DNA of 32,000 nt from Candidatus Baldrarchaeum yapensis (GTDB taxonomy: Archaea > Asgardarchaeota > Baldrarchaeia > Baldrarchaeales > Baldrarchaeaceae). A model generated the notes under the pieces. The model had not been told where the DNA came from, did not search any database, and was given only the letters and a program-made list of their open reading frames with translations. Made by a program: the position numbers and the translations under genes. This document shows, one piece after another, positions 8,686 through 17,008 of this stretch. The stretch is from assembly GCA_016840465.1 (NCBI GenBank), contig JAEOSH010000006.1:30001-62000 (forward strand), read 5' to 3'. Each line of letters begins with the position of its first letter. Within the stretch, counting starts at the first letter, position 1.

Positions 8686-10080
8686 ATGGACAAGTTAAGA
8701 GAGGTTCTTGACAAAATGTTTCATGCAAAATCCATAGCGATAATAGGGGCCTCTCCTCGCCCTGGAAGCGTTGGGAACCTTTTCCTAAAAAGATTAATGG
8801 ATTTCGGATATTCAGGAAAACTATTCCCGGTGAATCCCCGATATCAGGAGATATACGGGTTGAAGTGCTATCCCAGCGTAAGGGAAATACCAGAGGAAGT
8901 GGATCTAGCAATAATAACAATACCTGCAAATCTTGTTCTCAGAGCCGTCAAAGAGTGTGCGGAAAAGGGAGTGCCTGGAGTGGTTATAGTCAGTGGAGGA
9001 TTTAAGGAATTGGGAGAAGAGGGAAGAAGACTGGAGGAAGAATTGACGAGGATAGCGAAAGAAACGGGGATCAGAATAATCGGCCCCAATTGCATGGGGA
9101 TATACTGCCCGTCGTCTCAGATAACATTTCACGATAAGTTTCCAAAAGAAAGCGGGGATATAGGTTTCATTTCGCATAGCGGAGGCCTGTGTGAGCTATT
9201 TGTTCTGATGATGGGGGAAAGAGGCCTCGCGATGAGTAAGGTCATAAGTTGCGGAAACGAGTGTGATTTGAAGTTTGTAGATTTTCTAGAATATCTCGAG
9301 GACGACGAAGAGACACGTGTAATAACCGGATATGTGGAGCAAATACGAGAGGGAAGACGGTTTCTCGAGGTTGCGAAGAGAGTGACTAAAAAGAAGCCAG
9401 TGATAATATGGAAGGCCGGAAGGGGATCCGCGGGTCAGCGGGCCATCTTCTCTCACACTGGTGCACTCGGCGGATCCGATAAAATCTATAATGCCGTATT
9501 CAAACAGGTTGGTGTTCTGAGAGTCAATTGTCTAGAGGAGATTATCGACTTAGCTATGACATTCCATTGCTTATCCCCCAGAAAAGTGAGAAATGTTGCA
9601 GTGATTACTGGACCTGGAGGTTTGGGAGTTGCAATGGTCGATGCCTTCGAGTCCGCAGGCCTTCAGGTGCCTGAATTTTCAAAGGAAACGCAAGATCGCC
9701 TTAAGAAAATAATGCCACCCGTAGCGGGAGTAAAGAACCCTGCGGATCTGACTCTTGCGATTTTCGAGGATATAGATTTGACACGAAAGGCCATTGAAAT
9801 AATCAAAGAAGATGACAGGATTGACGCAATTGCGGTCGGAATAGCGGGCGCGATAGCATACCTATCTCCTGACGCGGTCAACAGAATACTAGGTGGAGTC
9901 TTAGAGGCATCAAAGGAGTCCGAAAAACCCGTTGTTGCCGTATGGCCTCATGTTGGCCGGCTATGGAGTTACGTTAGAGAATTCGTCAGATCAGGGGTTC
10001 CTGTATACACTTTCCCTGAAGACGCAGCAAGAGGGCTTAGAGCGCTTGACTGGTACTATACCCGTACATCTGCAAAATAG
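8686..10080 (+). CDS. Acyl-CoA synthetase (ADP/NDP-forming), alpha subunit
   Basis: CoA-binding KSIAIIGAS...GKLFPVNP, RIIGPNCMG, phospho-His motif SHTGAL and NPADL. Start moved to ATG 8686 (GGTGAG at 8673); the ORF track starts at 8569. No ATP-grasp beta domain. Confidence 0.92.
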   Translation: MDKLREVLDKMFHAKSIAIIGASPRPGSVGNLFLKRLMDFGYSGKLFPVNPRYQEIYGLKCYPSVREIPEEVDLAIITIPANLVLRAVKECAEKGVPGVVIVSGGFKELGEEGRRLEEELTRIAKETGIRIIGPNCMGIYCPSSQITFHDKFPKESGDIGFISHSGGLCELFVLMMGERGLAMSKVISCGNECDLKFVDFLEYLEDDEETRVITGYVEQIREGRRFLEVAKRVTKKKPVIIWKAGRGSAGQRAIFSHTGALGGSDKIYNAVFKQVGVLRVNCLEEIIDLAMTFHCLSPRKVRNVAVITGPGGLGVAMVDAFESAGLQVPEFSKETQDRLKKIMPPVAGVKNPADLTLAIFEDIDLTRKAIEIIKEDDRIDAIAVGIAGAIAYLSPDAVNRILGGVLEASKESEKPVVAVWPHVGRLWSYVREFVRSGVPVYTFPEDAARGLRALDWYYTRTSAK

Positions 10081-10125
10081 TCGAAAGTTCCTCTTACACC
10101 CCTGTTTCTCAATTACGAAGAACGA

Positions 10126-10169
10126 ATTTCATAAACTCATAAGTTTATAAACTTATGAGTTTATGAAAT
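10126..10169. repeat. Perfect 44-bp palindrome (no spacer) containing five 8-bp units
   Basis: ATTTCATAAACTCATAAGTTTA|TAAACTTATGAGTTTATGAAAT equals its own reverse complement (checked base by base). TTTATAAA at the centre (10144-10151). Confidence 0.97.
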
Positions 10170-10183
10170 CTTGGTGTTAAACG

Positions 10184-11770
10184 TTGTCCTACCTGTTACC
10201 AGTGACGGGCGAGGACTTCTTCGATCGGGAGCGAGAACTGGAGATCTTGGAAAGTGGGAAGAATATAGCACTTATAGGACCTAGAAAGTCGGGAAAGACA
10301 TCTATAATATTTGAATTTGTACGAAGACATCCCGAGAAGAGAATTGCTTACGTGTATGTTCTTTTCCAGGAAGACATCAATAGCTTAATTTCAAGAATGG
10401 CAAGATCGGTGCTAATGGTAATACTAAGAGTAAGGGATGAAGTGCCGGCGCTTGATGATCTGATATCCGCAGCTATGGACAAGGTGCCGGAAATATCGGC
10501 TCTCCTATATAATCTTATGCGACATATCAGGAAGCAAAGACATGAGGAGGCTCTCGAGGCATTAGCTAATGTTTGCGAGAAAACCGGAACCGTAATCGCC
10601 ATAGATGAGTTTCAGAACGTTTTTCAATTAGAGAAGTTCGTAGATATTCTGCGCATGATCTTACTCAAGTATAGAAAGGTACAATGGATAATAACTGGAT
10701 CCAGCATAGGAATCATGAAGGAACTGCTCATGGAACCATCATCTCCCCTTTTTGGGCACTTTGAGGTCGTATGGGTCGGCGCATTTGATATGCCCACGGC
10801 TTCAGAGTTTCTGGAGTTCTTACTAAGGCGTACCCAATTTTCGATGCCACCCGATGTGAAACAATACATTCTTGCAATTTCAGGAGGCTTCCCATTCTAC
10901 ATCTCAATCATTGTCTCAAAGTCCGTAGAGAAAGCCAAAACCAAACGAAAAGGGAAAATAGTCCCTTGGAGCGATGTCATGGAAACCTTAGAGGAAGAAT
11001 TGTGCCATCCGGAGGGCACTCTGTACAGGCATTTTATAGAAACTCTAGAGAAGGGTATGAAACGAAGAAATGTGGGGAAATATATAGACGTACTTTACTG
11101 GATCGCAAAAGGAGCGTCAGATTTAACGACCATATCCAAAAACACAGGATTCAGCCCGCAGCACTGTCTGAAAATACTCAGATTTCTCGAAAAAAGCATG
11201 TTAATAGAGAGAGTGGGGGATAGTTACTTTCTGAAGGACCCTCTCATGGACATATGGCTCAAGAGAATATATGAGTTGATGAGCCGAGAATACTCCCCGG
11301 TAAGGGACTTTACACAAATAAAACTGATGTTAAAAGAGTATTTGGACGAATTGAGAAAGCAGATTTCGATAGGTGCGGAGGCAAGGATCAGAGAATTGCT
11401 TAGAGCATTCGATGGAAGAAGGAAGATACCAATAGCTGGAGAAATTGTAAGGACCCCAACATTTCAAATGGTGTCGAGGATTACATGGAATGGTAATGAA
11501 ATAGATGTTCTCGCAATCGGGTCCGAGGTGTGGGTTTTAGAAGTAAAAACCGGGTCTGTGAAATATGAAGATCTGAAAACCTTCGCTAGGAAAATAGATG
11601 ACGCGATAAAATCCGGAGTTATTAAGCGTGTTGACAGAAGAATACTCGCATGCCTCGGTGATATTAAAGAGAATCTGGTAACAGAAGCAGATAAGCTCGG
11701 TATCAAGATTTGGAGAAAAGAGGAGATTAACAAAGCCATGCGGATTTTCGGTTATTATCCATTCCTGTAA
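10184..11770 (+). CDS. Archaeal ATPase (ATPase_2/STAND-like) + winged helix + C-terminal PD-(D/E)XK nuclease-like domain
   Basis: FFDRERE, Walker A GPRKSGKT, Walker B IAIDEFQ, ITGSS, GGFPFY. wHTH around YIDVLYWIAKG...LRFLEKSMLIER...YFLKDP. Nuclease motif E...EIDVLA...LEVK. TTG start after GGTG. Confidence 0.9.
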   Translation: MSYLLPVTGEDFFDRERELEILESGKNIALIGPRKSGKTSIIFEFVRRHPEKRIAYVYVLFQEDINSLISRMARSVLMVILRVRDEVPALDDLISAAMDKVPEISALLYNLMRHIRKQRHEEALEALANVCEKTGTVIAIDEFQNVFQLEKFVDILRMILLKYRKVQWIITGSSIGIMKELLMEPSSPLFGHFEVVWVGAFDMPTASEFLEFLLRRTQFSMPPDVKQYILAISGGFPFYISIIVSKSVEKAKTKRKGKIVPWSDVMETLEEELCHPEGTLYRHFIETLEKGMKRRNVGKYIDVLYWIAKGASDLTTISKNTGFSPQHCLKILRFLEKSMLIERVGDSYFLKDPLMDIWLKRIYELMSREYSPVRDFTQIKLMLKEYLDELRKQISIGAEARIRELLRAFDGRRKIPIAGEIVRTPTFQMVSRITWNGNEIDVLAIGSEVWVLEVKTGSVKYEDLKTFARKIDDAIKSGVIKRVDRRILACLGDIKENLVTEADKLGIKIWRKEEINKAMRIFGYYPFL

Positions 11771-11773
11771 TGA

Positions 11774-12946
11774 TTACTTGCGGGCGACGATAATTACGCT
11801 TGCCACGGAAAATGGCCCGCCCAGATTGTGCGCAAACCCTATTTCAGCATCTTTGACCTGTAACCCTTCTGCTCTGCCTAAAACCTGTCGTGTGAGTTCT
11901 ACAACCATTCTACAGCCTGTCGCTCCAATTGGATGCCCGAAACACTTGAGTCCCCCATCAGGGTTTATAGGAAAGTCCCCGTGAATGGTCGTAACTTCCT
12001 CTCTTATGAGATCAGCACCCTCTCCAGGTTTACACAACCTCATATCTTGATAGTCCAACAGCTCCGTTATTGTAAAACAGTCATGCACAATACCAAAATC
12101 TAGTTCTTTACGCGGATCTTCAATCCCTGCCATCTTGTAAGCCATATCAGCAGCCTTTCTCGTCGATGGGAAGCCTAGGAAATCAAAATTCGGATCAAGC
12201 CACGGTGTTGCTGTTTCGACGGCAAGTCCTAGCCCCTTTATAACAGCATACTCATCACCTACCAACTTCCTAGCAATTTCGGGCCTTGTTAGAACGACGG
12301 CGGCAGCACCATCCGAAACCGCGCAACAATCGTACAACCCCAATGGATATGCAATTATGGGAGCCTTAAGCGCGGTTTCTATATCTATCTTCCTGCGAAA
12401 GTGCGCCTTGGGATGATAATAACCATTATAGTGGTTTTTAACCGCAACCTTTGCTAGGTCTTCTTTTGTCCAACCCCATACCTTAAACGCTCTGACCGCG
12501 CAAAGTGCAAACATTGCAGGAGCAGATAGACGCGGTAATACCGGTTGCGGATTCATTTCACCGACGCCAGGTAATCCTCTTGCTCCTTGATCGAGAATTT
12601 TCTCCACACCGCAAGCAATAACTATGTCATACAGCCCTGATGCAACTGCAATAGCAGCATTCCGAATAGCGTCCATTCCCGAAGCACAATAGTTCTCTAC
12701 TCTCGTAACTGGCTTGCCGAAGATCTTAAGGGGCTCGGAAAACGCAGTACCGCCAACTCCACTGAAAGTGTAGAACGTTGCAACCCATATCCCGTCAACG
12801 TCCTTAACAGGGTCTATATTAGCCTCGTTACACGCCTCATGTACCGCCTCTACTAACAAATCCTCAGCATCCTTATCCCATATCTCTCCAAACTTCGTGA
12901 CACCTGTACCTATAATCGCAACTTTATCCTTCAAACTGCCAATCAC
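11774..12946 (-). CDS. Acetyl-CoA C-acyltransferase (archaeal/SCP2-type thiolase)
   Basis: Active-site ENYCASG, KNH, SDGAAAVVL, HDCFT, GHPIGATG. GTG start coupled to the upstream stop via GGGGGTGA. Confidence 0.95.
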   Translation of the reverse strand: MIGSLKDKVAIIGTGVTKFGEIWDKDAEDLLVEAVHEACNEANIDPVKDVDGIWVATFYTFSGVGGTAFSEPLKIFGKPVTRVENYCASGMDAIRNAAIAVASGLYDIVIACGVEKILDQGARGLPGVGEMNPQPVLPRLSAPAMFALCAVRAFKVWGWTKEDLAKVAVKNHYNGYYHPKAHFRRKIDIETALKAPIIAYPLGLYDCCAVSDGAAAVVLTRPEIARKLVGDEYAVIKGLGLAVETATPWLDPNFDFLGFPSTRKAADMAYKMAGIEDPRKELDFGIVHDCFTITELLDYQDMRLCKPGEGADLIREEVTTIHGDFPINPDGGLKCFGHPIGATGCRMVVELTRQVLGRAEGLQVKDAEIGFAHNLGGPFSVASVIIVARK

Positions 12947-12950
12947 CCTA

Positions 12951-14378
12951 TCACCCCCTCACCGGACGCGCTTTCCAGTAATAAAATCTATAATCCGATT
13001 TCTGGTGAATAAGCCTAAATGTAACTTCCACCGGCATATCAACATCCAACTCTCCCATAAGAACATCAGTTACCTCCAGTAGTACACGTGTTCCATCTTC
13101 AAGATCTATCACAGCCTTTATTCCGGGATATACGCCGTCTCCGGGATAGCCCCCAGGTCCTAAGAGAAAATCATACGTATACGTGAATATTTTCCCCCTT
13201 CTTGCAAGTTTAACAATCTCATACTTGTCCTTTGCGCCGCAAATCCTGCAAACACGGGCAACAGGGTATGTAATTCTTCCGCACTCCTTGCATTTCATCC
13301 CGTAAAACGGCAATTCGAAGATCTCATCTCTCCAATAAGTTACCACCGACGCCTTGGCAGGCTCGGGCCACCTGCGATCTCTAAGCCTCTTAAAGTCCAT
13401 ATACAGCTCATACGTCGGTAATAACTTTTTAGATCTTATGTGCCCCTTAACCCCACGTCTTTTCTCATTGATGCTCTCTATTTCATCTGTAACTTCTACA
13501 TAAAAAGCCTCACATCCGTCCCCATACCCGGCACACAATATTCTATCACCGGGTTTTGCATCCTCCAGCGCCGCGGCAAGTAATAGCAATGCATGAGCGG
13601 CACCGGTGACTCCTACATCAGCAAATAGAAAGTCCTGAAGTTGGCTTTTCACATCAATGCCAATCGCAGATGCAGCTCTCACGTACTGCCTGGGATCGTT
13701 TGCGTAAAATGCAATCTTGGAGAAATCTTTCAAACAGAGTCCGGCTTTCTCTAACAGCGCCTTAATCGTTTCACTGAGAACTCTAACATAAACAACATTA
13801 TCCGCTCTTGGGTCGAATTGCATAACGTACCTATCCTCAGACCTCCTCCATGTTCCAAGAATGGGCTCATTCAGCACATGAAACTCTTTAACTTCTGCAA
13901 TTCCACGCTCTTTCCCCAATAAAAACGCCACTCCTGCATCACCATATATCTGCTCCTGTGCAGAGCCCGGAACCGGCAACCGACAATCCGCAACAGTTAC
14001 TAATACCCTTTTGCATCTCCCGGACTTTATAGCGTCCACCGCAGCCCTTATAGCCGTGATCCCGCACCTCAACGAAGATGTAAAATCCGCAACCGACACA
14101 TCTCTCCTCAAATCGAGCGCAGATGCTATTATTGTCGCGTTTTGCTTCTCTATGTAGGGAGGTGTAGTCGTCGCAAAATGCAACGCGTCTACGCCCCTTA
14201 CGTCCAAATCAGAAATGCAATCTAGCCCCGCCTCGACCGCCATGGTGATGCTGTCTTCGTCCCAGCCCGCTACCGCTCTTTCGCCGCCCATTGATGGAAT
14301 GCCGGTGGCTCTGGAAAGTTCGGTTCTACTTATCCTCCATATCGGAATATATGCGCCATAGGAAAGAATACCTACCAT
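12951..14378 (-). CDS. HMG-CoA synthase-like (catalytically degenerate) domain fused to DUF35 Zn-ribbon/OB-fold
   Basis: VGILSYGAYIP...DEDSITMAVEA thiolase-fold N-terminus. C-terminal CKECG-x8-CRIC zinc ribbon and OB fold. Start at ATG 14378 (SD GAGAGGGG, promoter 38 nt upstream); the ORF track starts at 14456. Confidence 0.9.
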   Translation of the reverse strand: MVGILSYGAYIPIWRISRTELSRATGIPSMGGERAVAGWDEDSITMAVEAGLDCISDLDVRGVDALHFATTTPPYIEKQNATIIASALDLRRDVSVADFTSSLRCGITAIRAAVDAIKSGRCKRVLVTVADCRLPVPGSAQEQIYGDAGVAFLLGKERGIAEVKEFHVLNEPILGTWRRSEDRYVMQFDPRADNVVYVRVLSETIKALLEKAGLCLKDFSKIAFYANDPRQYVRAASAIGIDVKSQLQDFLFADVGVTGAAHALLLLAAALEDAKPGDRILCAGYGDGCEAFYVEVTDEIESINEKRRGVKGHIRSKKLLPTYELYMDFKRLRDRRWPEPAKASVVTYWRDEIFELPFYGMKCKECGRITYPVARVCRICGAKDKYEIVKLARRGKIFTYTYDFLLGPGGYPGDGVYPGIKAVIDLEDGTRVLLEVTDVLMGELDVDMPVEVTFRLIHQKSDYRFYYWKARPVRG

Positions 14379-14415
14379 GACAACCCCTCTCATCCATACA
14401 TCGCCAGAAGACGAA

Positions 14416-14431
14416 TATTTAAACATTTTCA
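14416..14431 (-). promoter_or_regulatory. BRE-TATA promoter of the HMGS-like/thiolase operon
   Basis: The minus strand reads TGAAAATGTTTAAATA, 38 nt upstream of ATG 14378. Confidence 0.6.
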
Positions 14432-14627
14432 GTTGACATGTGGTCTTAAATGGCAATAATGAAAAAATTTCCGGACAATATTTACAATTCTTGCGGGCAA
14501 ATCTCCGATGCTGTGAAATATCGAGGTAAAAATGGGGACATCTGAGATAAAAATTAAGTAATCGTAGAACAATAACTCCCTACTCACAAAATTTCCGTCA
14601 CGAGAAAAGATCTACGGAGCGATCACT

Positions 14628-15791
14628 GTGAAAGACAACGAAGGTATATTCCCATTGTATATCGGGCTCGCACTCGACTCCCTGGCTTGGAGCATCCTAT
14701 GGATATTTACCCCGTTACACGTATTTCTACTTGGGGGTTCGTTGTTCATCATTGGAGTGATCTGTGCGCTTCCGCCTTTCGCATCCGTGGTAACGACACC
14801 AATCTGGGGGCATCTATCCGATAAAACGGGAGTAAGAAAGCCCTTCATAATACTGGGAACCGCGACATCGGGGCTCCTAGCACTATTATACGCAATACTG
14901 ACAGAACCCTTCCACTTCCTAGTACTCACACTTGCCATAATACCGTTTAATGTTGCATACTTCCCCGCAACATACGCTCTTCTCACCGAAAGAGTGGAAA
15001 TGAGGGGTGAGAGCCTCGGAAAGTGTGAGGCCTACACATCAGCGGGGTGGCTCATAGGAAGTCTCGTGGGGGGACTATGCGCCGAATCCATGAACCTACA
15101 AGCAATCTTCATTATAGCGTCCGCCTCCGCAACCCTAGGTACACTGATAATACTATTCGGCCTCGAAGAACATCCAAAAAAGAGAAAACACAAAAACACC
15201 GAAAACATGACTTTCAAAGAAATACTAACCAGACCCCAGATGAAAACCCTATTCGCATTGCTGCTGATCATCTACACAGGAACAGCATCTTTTTCAACAT
15301 TCTTCTCAATTTACTTCACCGAGACGATTGGGGGCAATTACGCACTTTTAGGAATTTCAAACGCACTTGCCACACTCTTCGGCAGTATCGTGTCTGTACC
15401 CTTAGGAAAAGCCGCAGACAAGATAGGAAGAAAGCCTATCATCCTATACAGCACTTTAGGATACGTGATACTATTCATACTTCTCATAATCGTTCGTGAT
15501 CCATACGCCGTTGCACTATTATGGGCAATACCTTTCTATGTTGGGATATATGTGGGCTTTGGAGCAATGGTCTCGGATATCACCTCAGAAGAGGAAAGAG
15601 CCCGAGGGATGTCAATATTAAGTATCTCGGTTAGCATAGGAAGTGGCTTAGGCGCAATAATAGGCGGCGCCTTGGGCCAGAATTTTGGCATCGACAAAAA
15701 CCTGTACTTTGCAACACTCCTATCCTTATCTGCATTCCTGCTATGTACTACAATCTTAGAGGAAACATTAAAAACCCGTGCCGCCAGTTGA
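14628..15791 (+). CDS. MFS transporter
   Basis: About 12 TM segments. MFS motif A appears twice (WGHLSDKTGVRK, LGKAADKIGRK). Confidence 0.93.
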   Translation: MKDNEGIFPLYIGLALDSLAWSILWIFTPLHVFLLGGSLFIIGVICALPPFASVVTTPIWGHLSDKTGVRKPFIILGTATSGLLALLYAILTEPFHFLVLTLAIIPFNVAYFPATYALLTERVEMRGESLGKCEAYTSAGWLIGSLVGGLCAESMNLQAIFIIASASATLGTLIILFGLEEHPKKRKHKNTENMTFKEILTRPQMKTLFALLLIIYTGTASFSTFFSIYFTETIGGNYALLGISNALATLFGSIVSVPLGKAADKIGRKPIILYSTLGYVILFILLIIVRDPYAVALLWAIPFYVGIYVGFGAMVSDITSEEERARGMSILSISVSIGSGLGAIIGGALGQNFGIDKNLYFATLLSLSAFLLCTTILEETLKTRAAS

Positions 15792-15930
15792 TGATCCTTC
15801 AAATTCAAAATTATCGCGAAGCCCCCTGCACAACTTAAAGCAAAATGTTCATCTGCTAATAAAATGTAAATGTATTAGAATCTGTATTGCTAACCCTCAA
15901 CTTCTAACAAGAATCGACTTGGTGAGGTTG

Positions 15931-16423
15931 TTGATTTCCGATAATGTAAAAAGCAGAATCGAAACATCAAGAACGAAACAAAAAGAGAATTTTCCGGTAT
16001 GGAATTTCCCATTAAAACTCAAAGGGAGATCATATGTCAACTTTCTGAACTCATGGAAGAAGACGATTCCATCTACACTTCGGATGAATATGCAAGGAGA
16101 AGGGGCTTCGAAGCAGCAGTTGTCCCACCATCAATAATATTGTCCCTGCTGTCGTTGAAATTAAGGGACGCATTTTTAAAATACATGCAAAAACTGATGG
16201 GATGGGGGCGAAGGGATTAATACATGTAGGATCAAACGTTGAGTTCCACAAACCACTCATCGCGGACAAGGAGTATAAGGTACTTATGAAACTCAAGAAC
16301 TTAAACGAAAAATTTTGAAAGAAGGGAACTTACCTGCTAATGTCTCTCGAAATATCAATTTTCGATGAAAAAGAAGAGATCATGTTGCGTGATGACCATA
16401 AGTTCTTCATTAAAATAGAGTGA
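15931..16423 (+). pseudogene. Disrupted MaoC/hot-dog dehydratase, N-half (MaoC_dehydrat_N/HadA-like) subunit
   Basis: Pieces IYTSDEYARRRGFEAAVVPPS and LIHVGSNVEFHKPL...F*KKGTYLLMSLEISIFDEKEEIM lie in different frames. A 5-bp tandem duplication GATGG (16196-16205) shifts the frame, there is an in-frame TGA at 16316, and a probable 1-nt loss near 15962. SD GGTGAGG precedes TTG 15931. Confidence 0.82.
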
Positions 16424-16435
16424 TGGGGAAAGCCT

Positions 16436-16861
16436 ATGGAAAGGGGATCTTATAAGGAAATAAGGGTCGGAACATCAATTCCCCCGCTTAAAGTTACAAT
16501 CGACAGGGATAAGTTGCTCAGGTACTGTGAAGTGACAAGAGAGGTAAACCCTATACATTTTGACGAAAATGCAGCAAAAATGCTCGGATTTGATGATATA
16601 GTTGTACAGGGAATTTTCACAATCGGCTTTTCCCGAAGATGCTTACTAGGTGGCTAGGAAGTCCGACATGTCTGAGAAGGATTGAAGTTCGCTTCACAGC
16701 ACCGGTATATGCGGGAGATACCATCATCTTTCATGGTATTGTCAAAAATATTCTGCAAGAGAAAGGAAAGACCCTGTTAGAATGTGAAATATGGGCGGAA
16801 AAGGAGAGCGGCAAGAGGGTCATTTGAGGGCGACGCGGAAGTGCTACTGGAAAAGCCTTGA
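16436..16861 (+). pseudogene. Disrupted MaoC-family (R)-enoyl-CoA hydratase subunit
   Basis: EVNPIHFDENAAKMLGF...QG, then a frame change at ~16628-16634 to MLTRWLG...VRFTAPVYAGDTI, then a second change at 16823-16825 to EGDAEVLLEKP*. The repaired product is 141 aa. Confidence 0.87.
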
Positions 16862-17008
16862 TGTAAGACCTATTGTATGCGTGAAAGTAATCCTCCAATG
16901 TACAAATAGTGCGAGAAATCTTGCATCACTTAGGGAATCCCTTAAAACTAAAAGTTCATGAGAATTACTCGACAGCGAAGGTGTTCCATACTCAAAGGTA
17001 GTGGTACC

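Noticed and set aside
10126-10169. Palindrome as CRISPR repeat, IS end or terminator
   Set aside because: Single copy, no spacers, no transposase or target duplication, AT-rich with no loop. Its position fits a promoter/operator.
14628-15791. Apparent A/C-rich third-codon bias in the MFS gene suggesting foreign origin
   Set aside because: Impression only. The ABC permease looks similar, and I cannot quantify codon usage without computation.
16316-16318. In-frame TGA as possible selenocysteine
   Set aside because: It lies at a non-catalytic, non-Cys position of a MaoC fold, the same gene has frameshifts, and I saw no convincing SECIS. A nonsense mutation is simpler.
16929-16945. Short imperfect inverted repeat (TTAGGGAATCCCTTAA) upstream of iscS
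   Set aside because: The perfect core is only 5+5 bp, which is expected by chance. It would need conservation in relatives to count as an operator.
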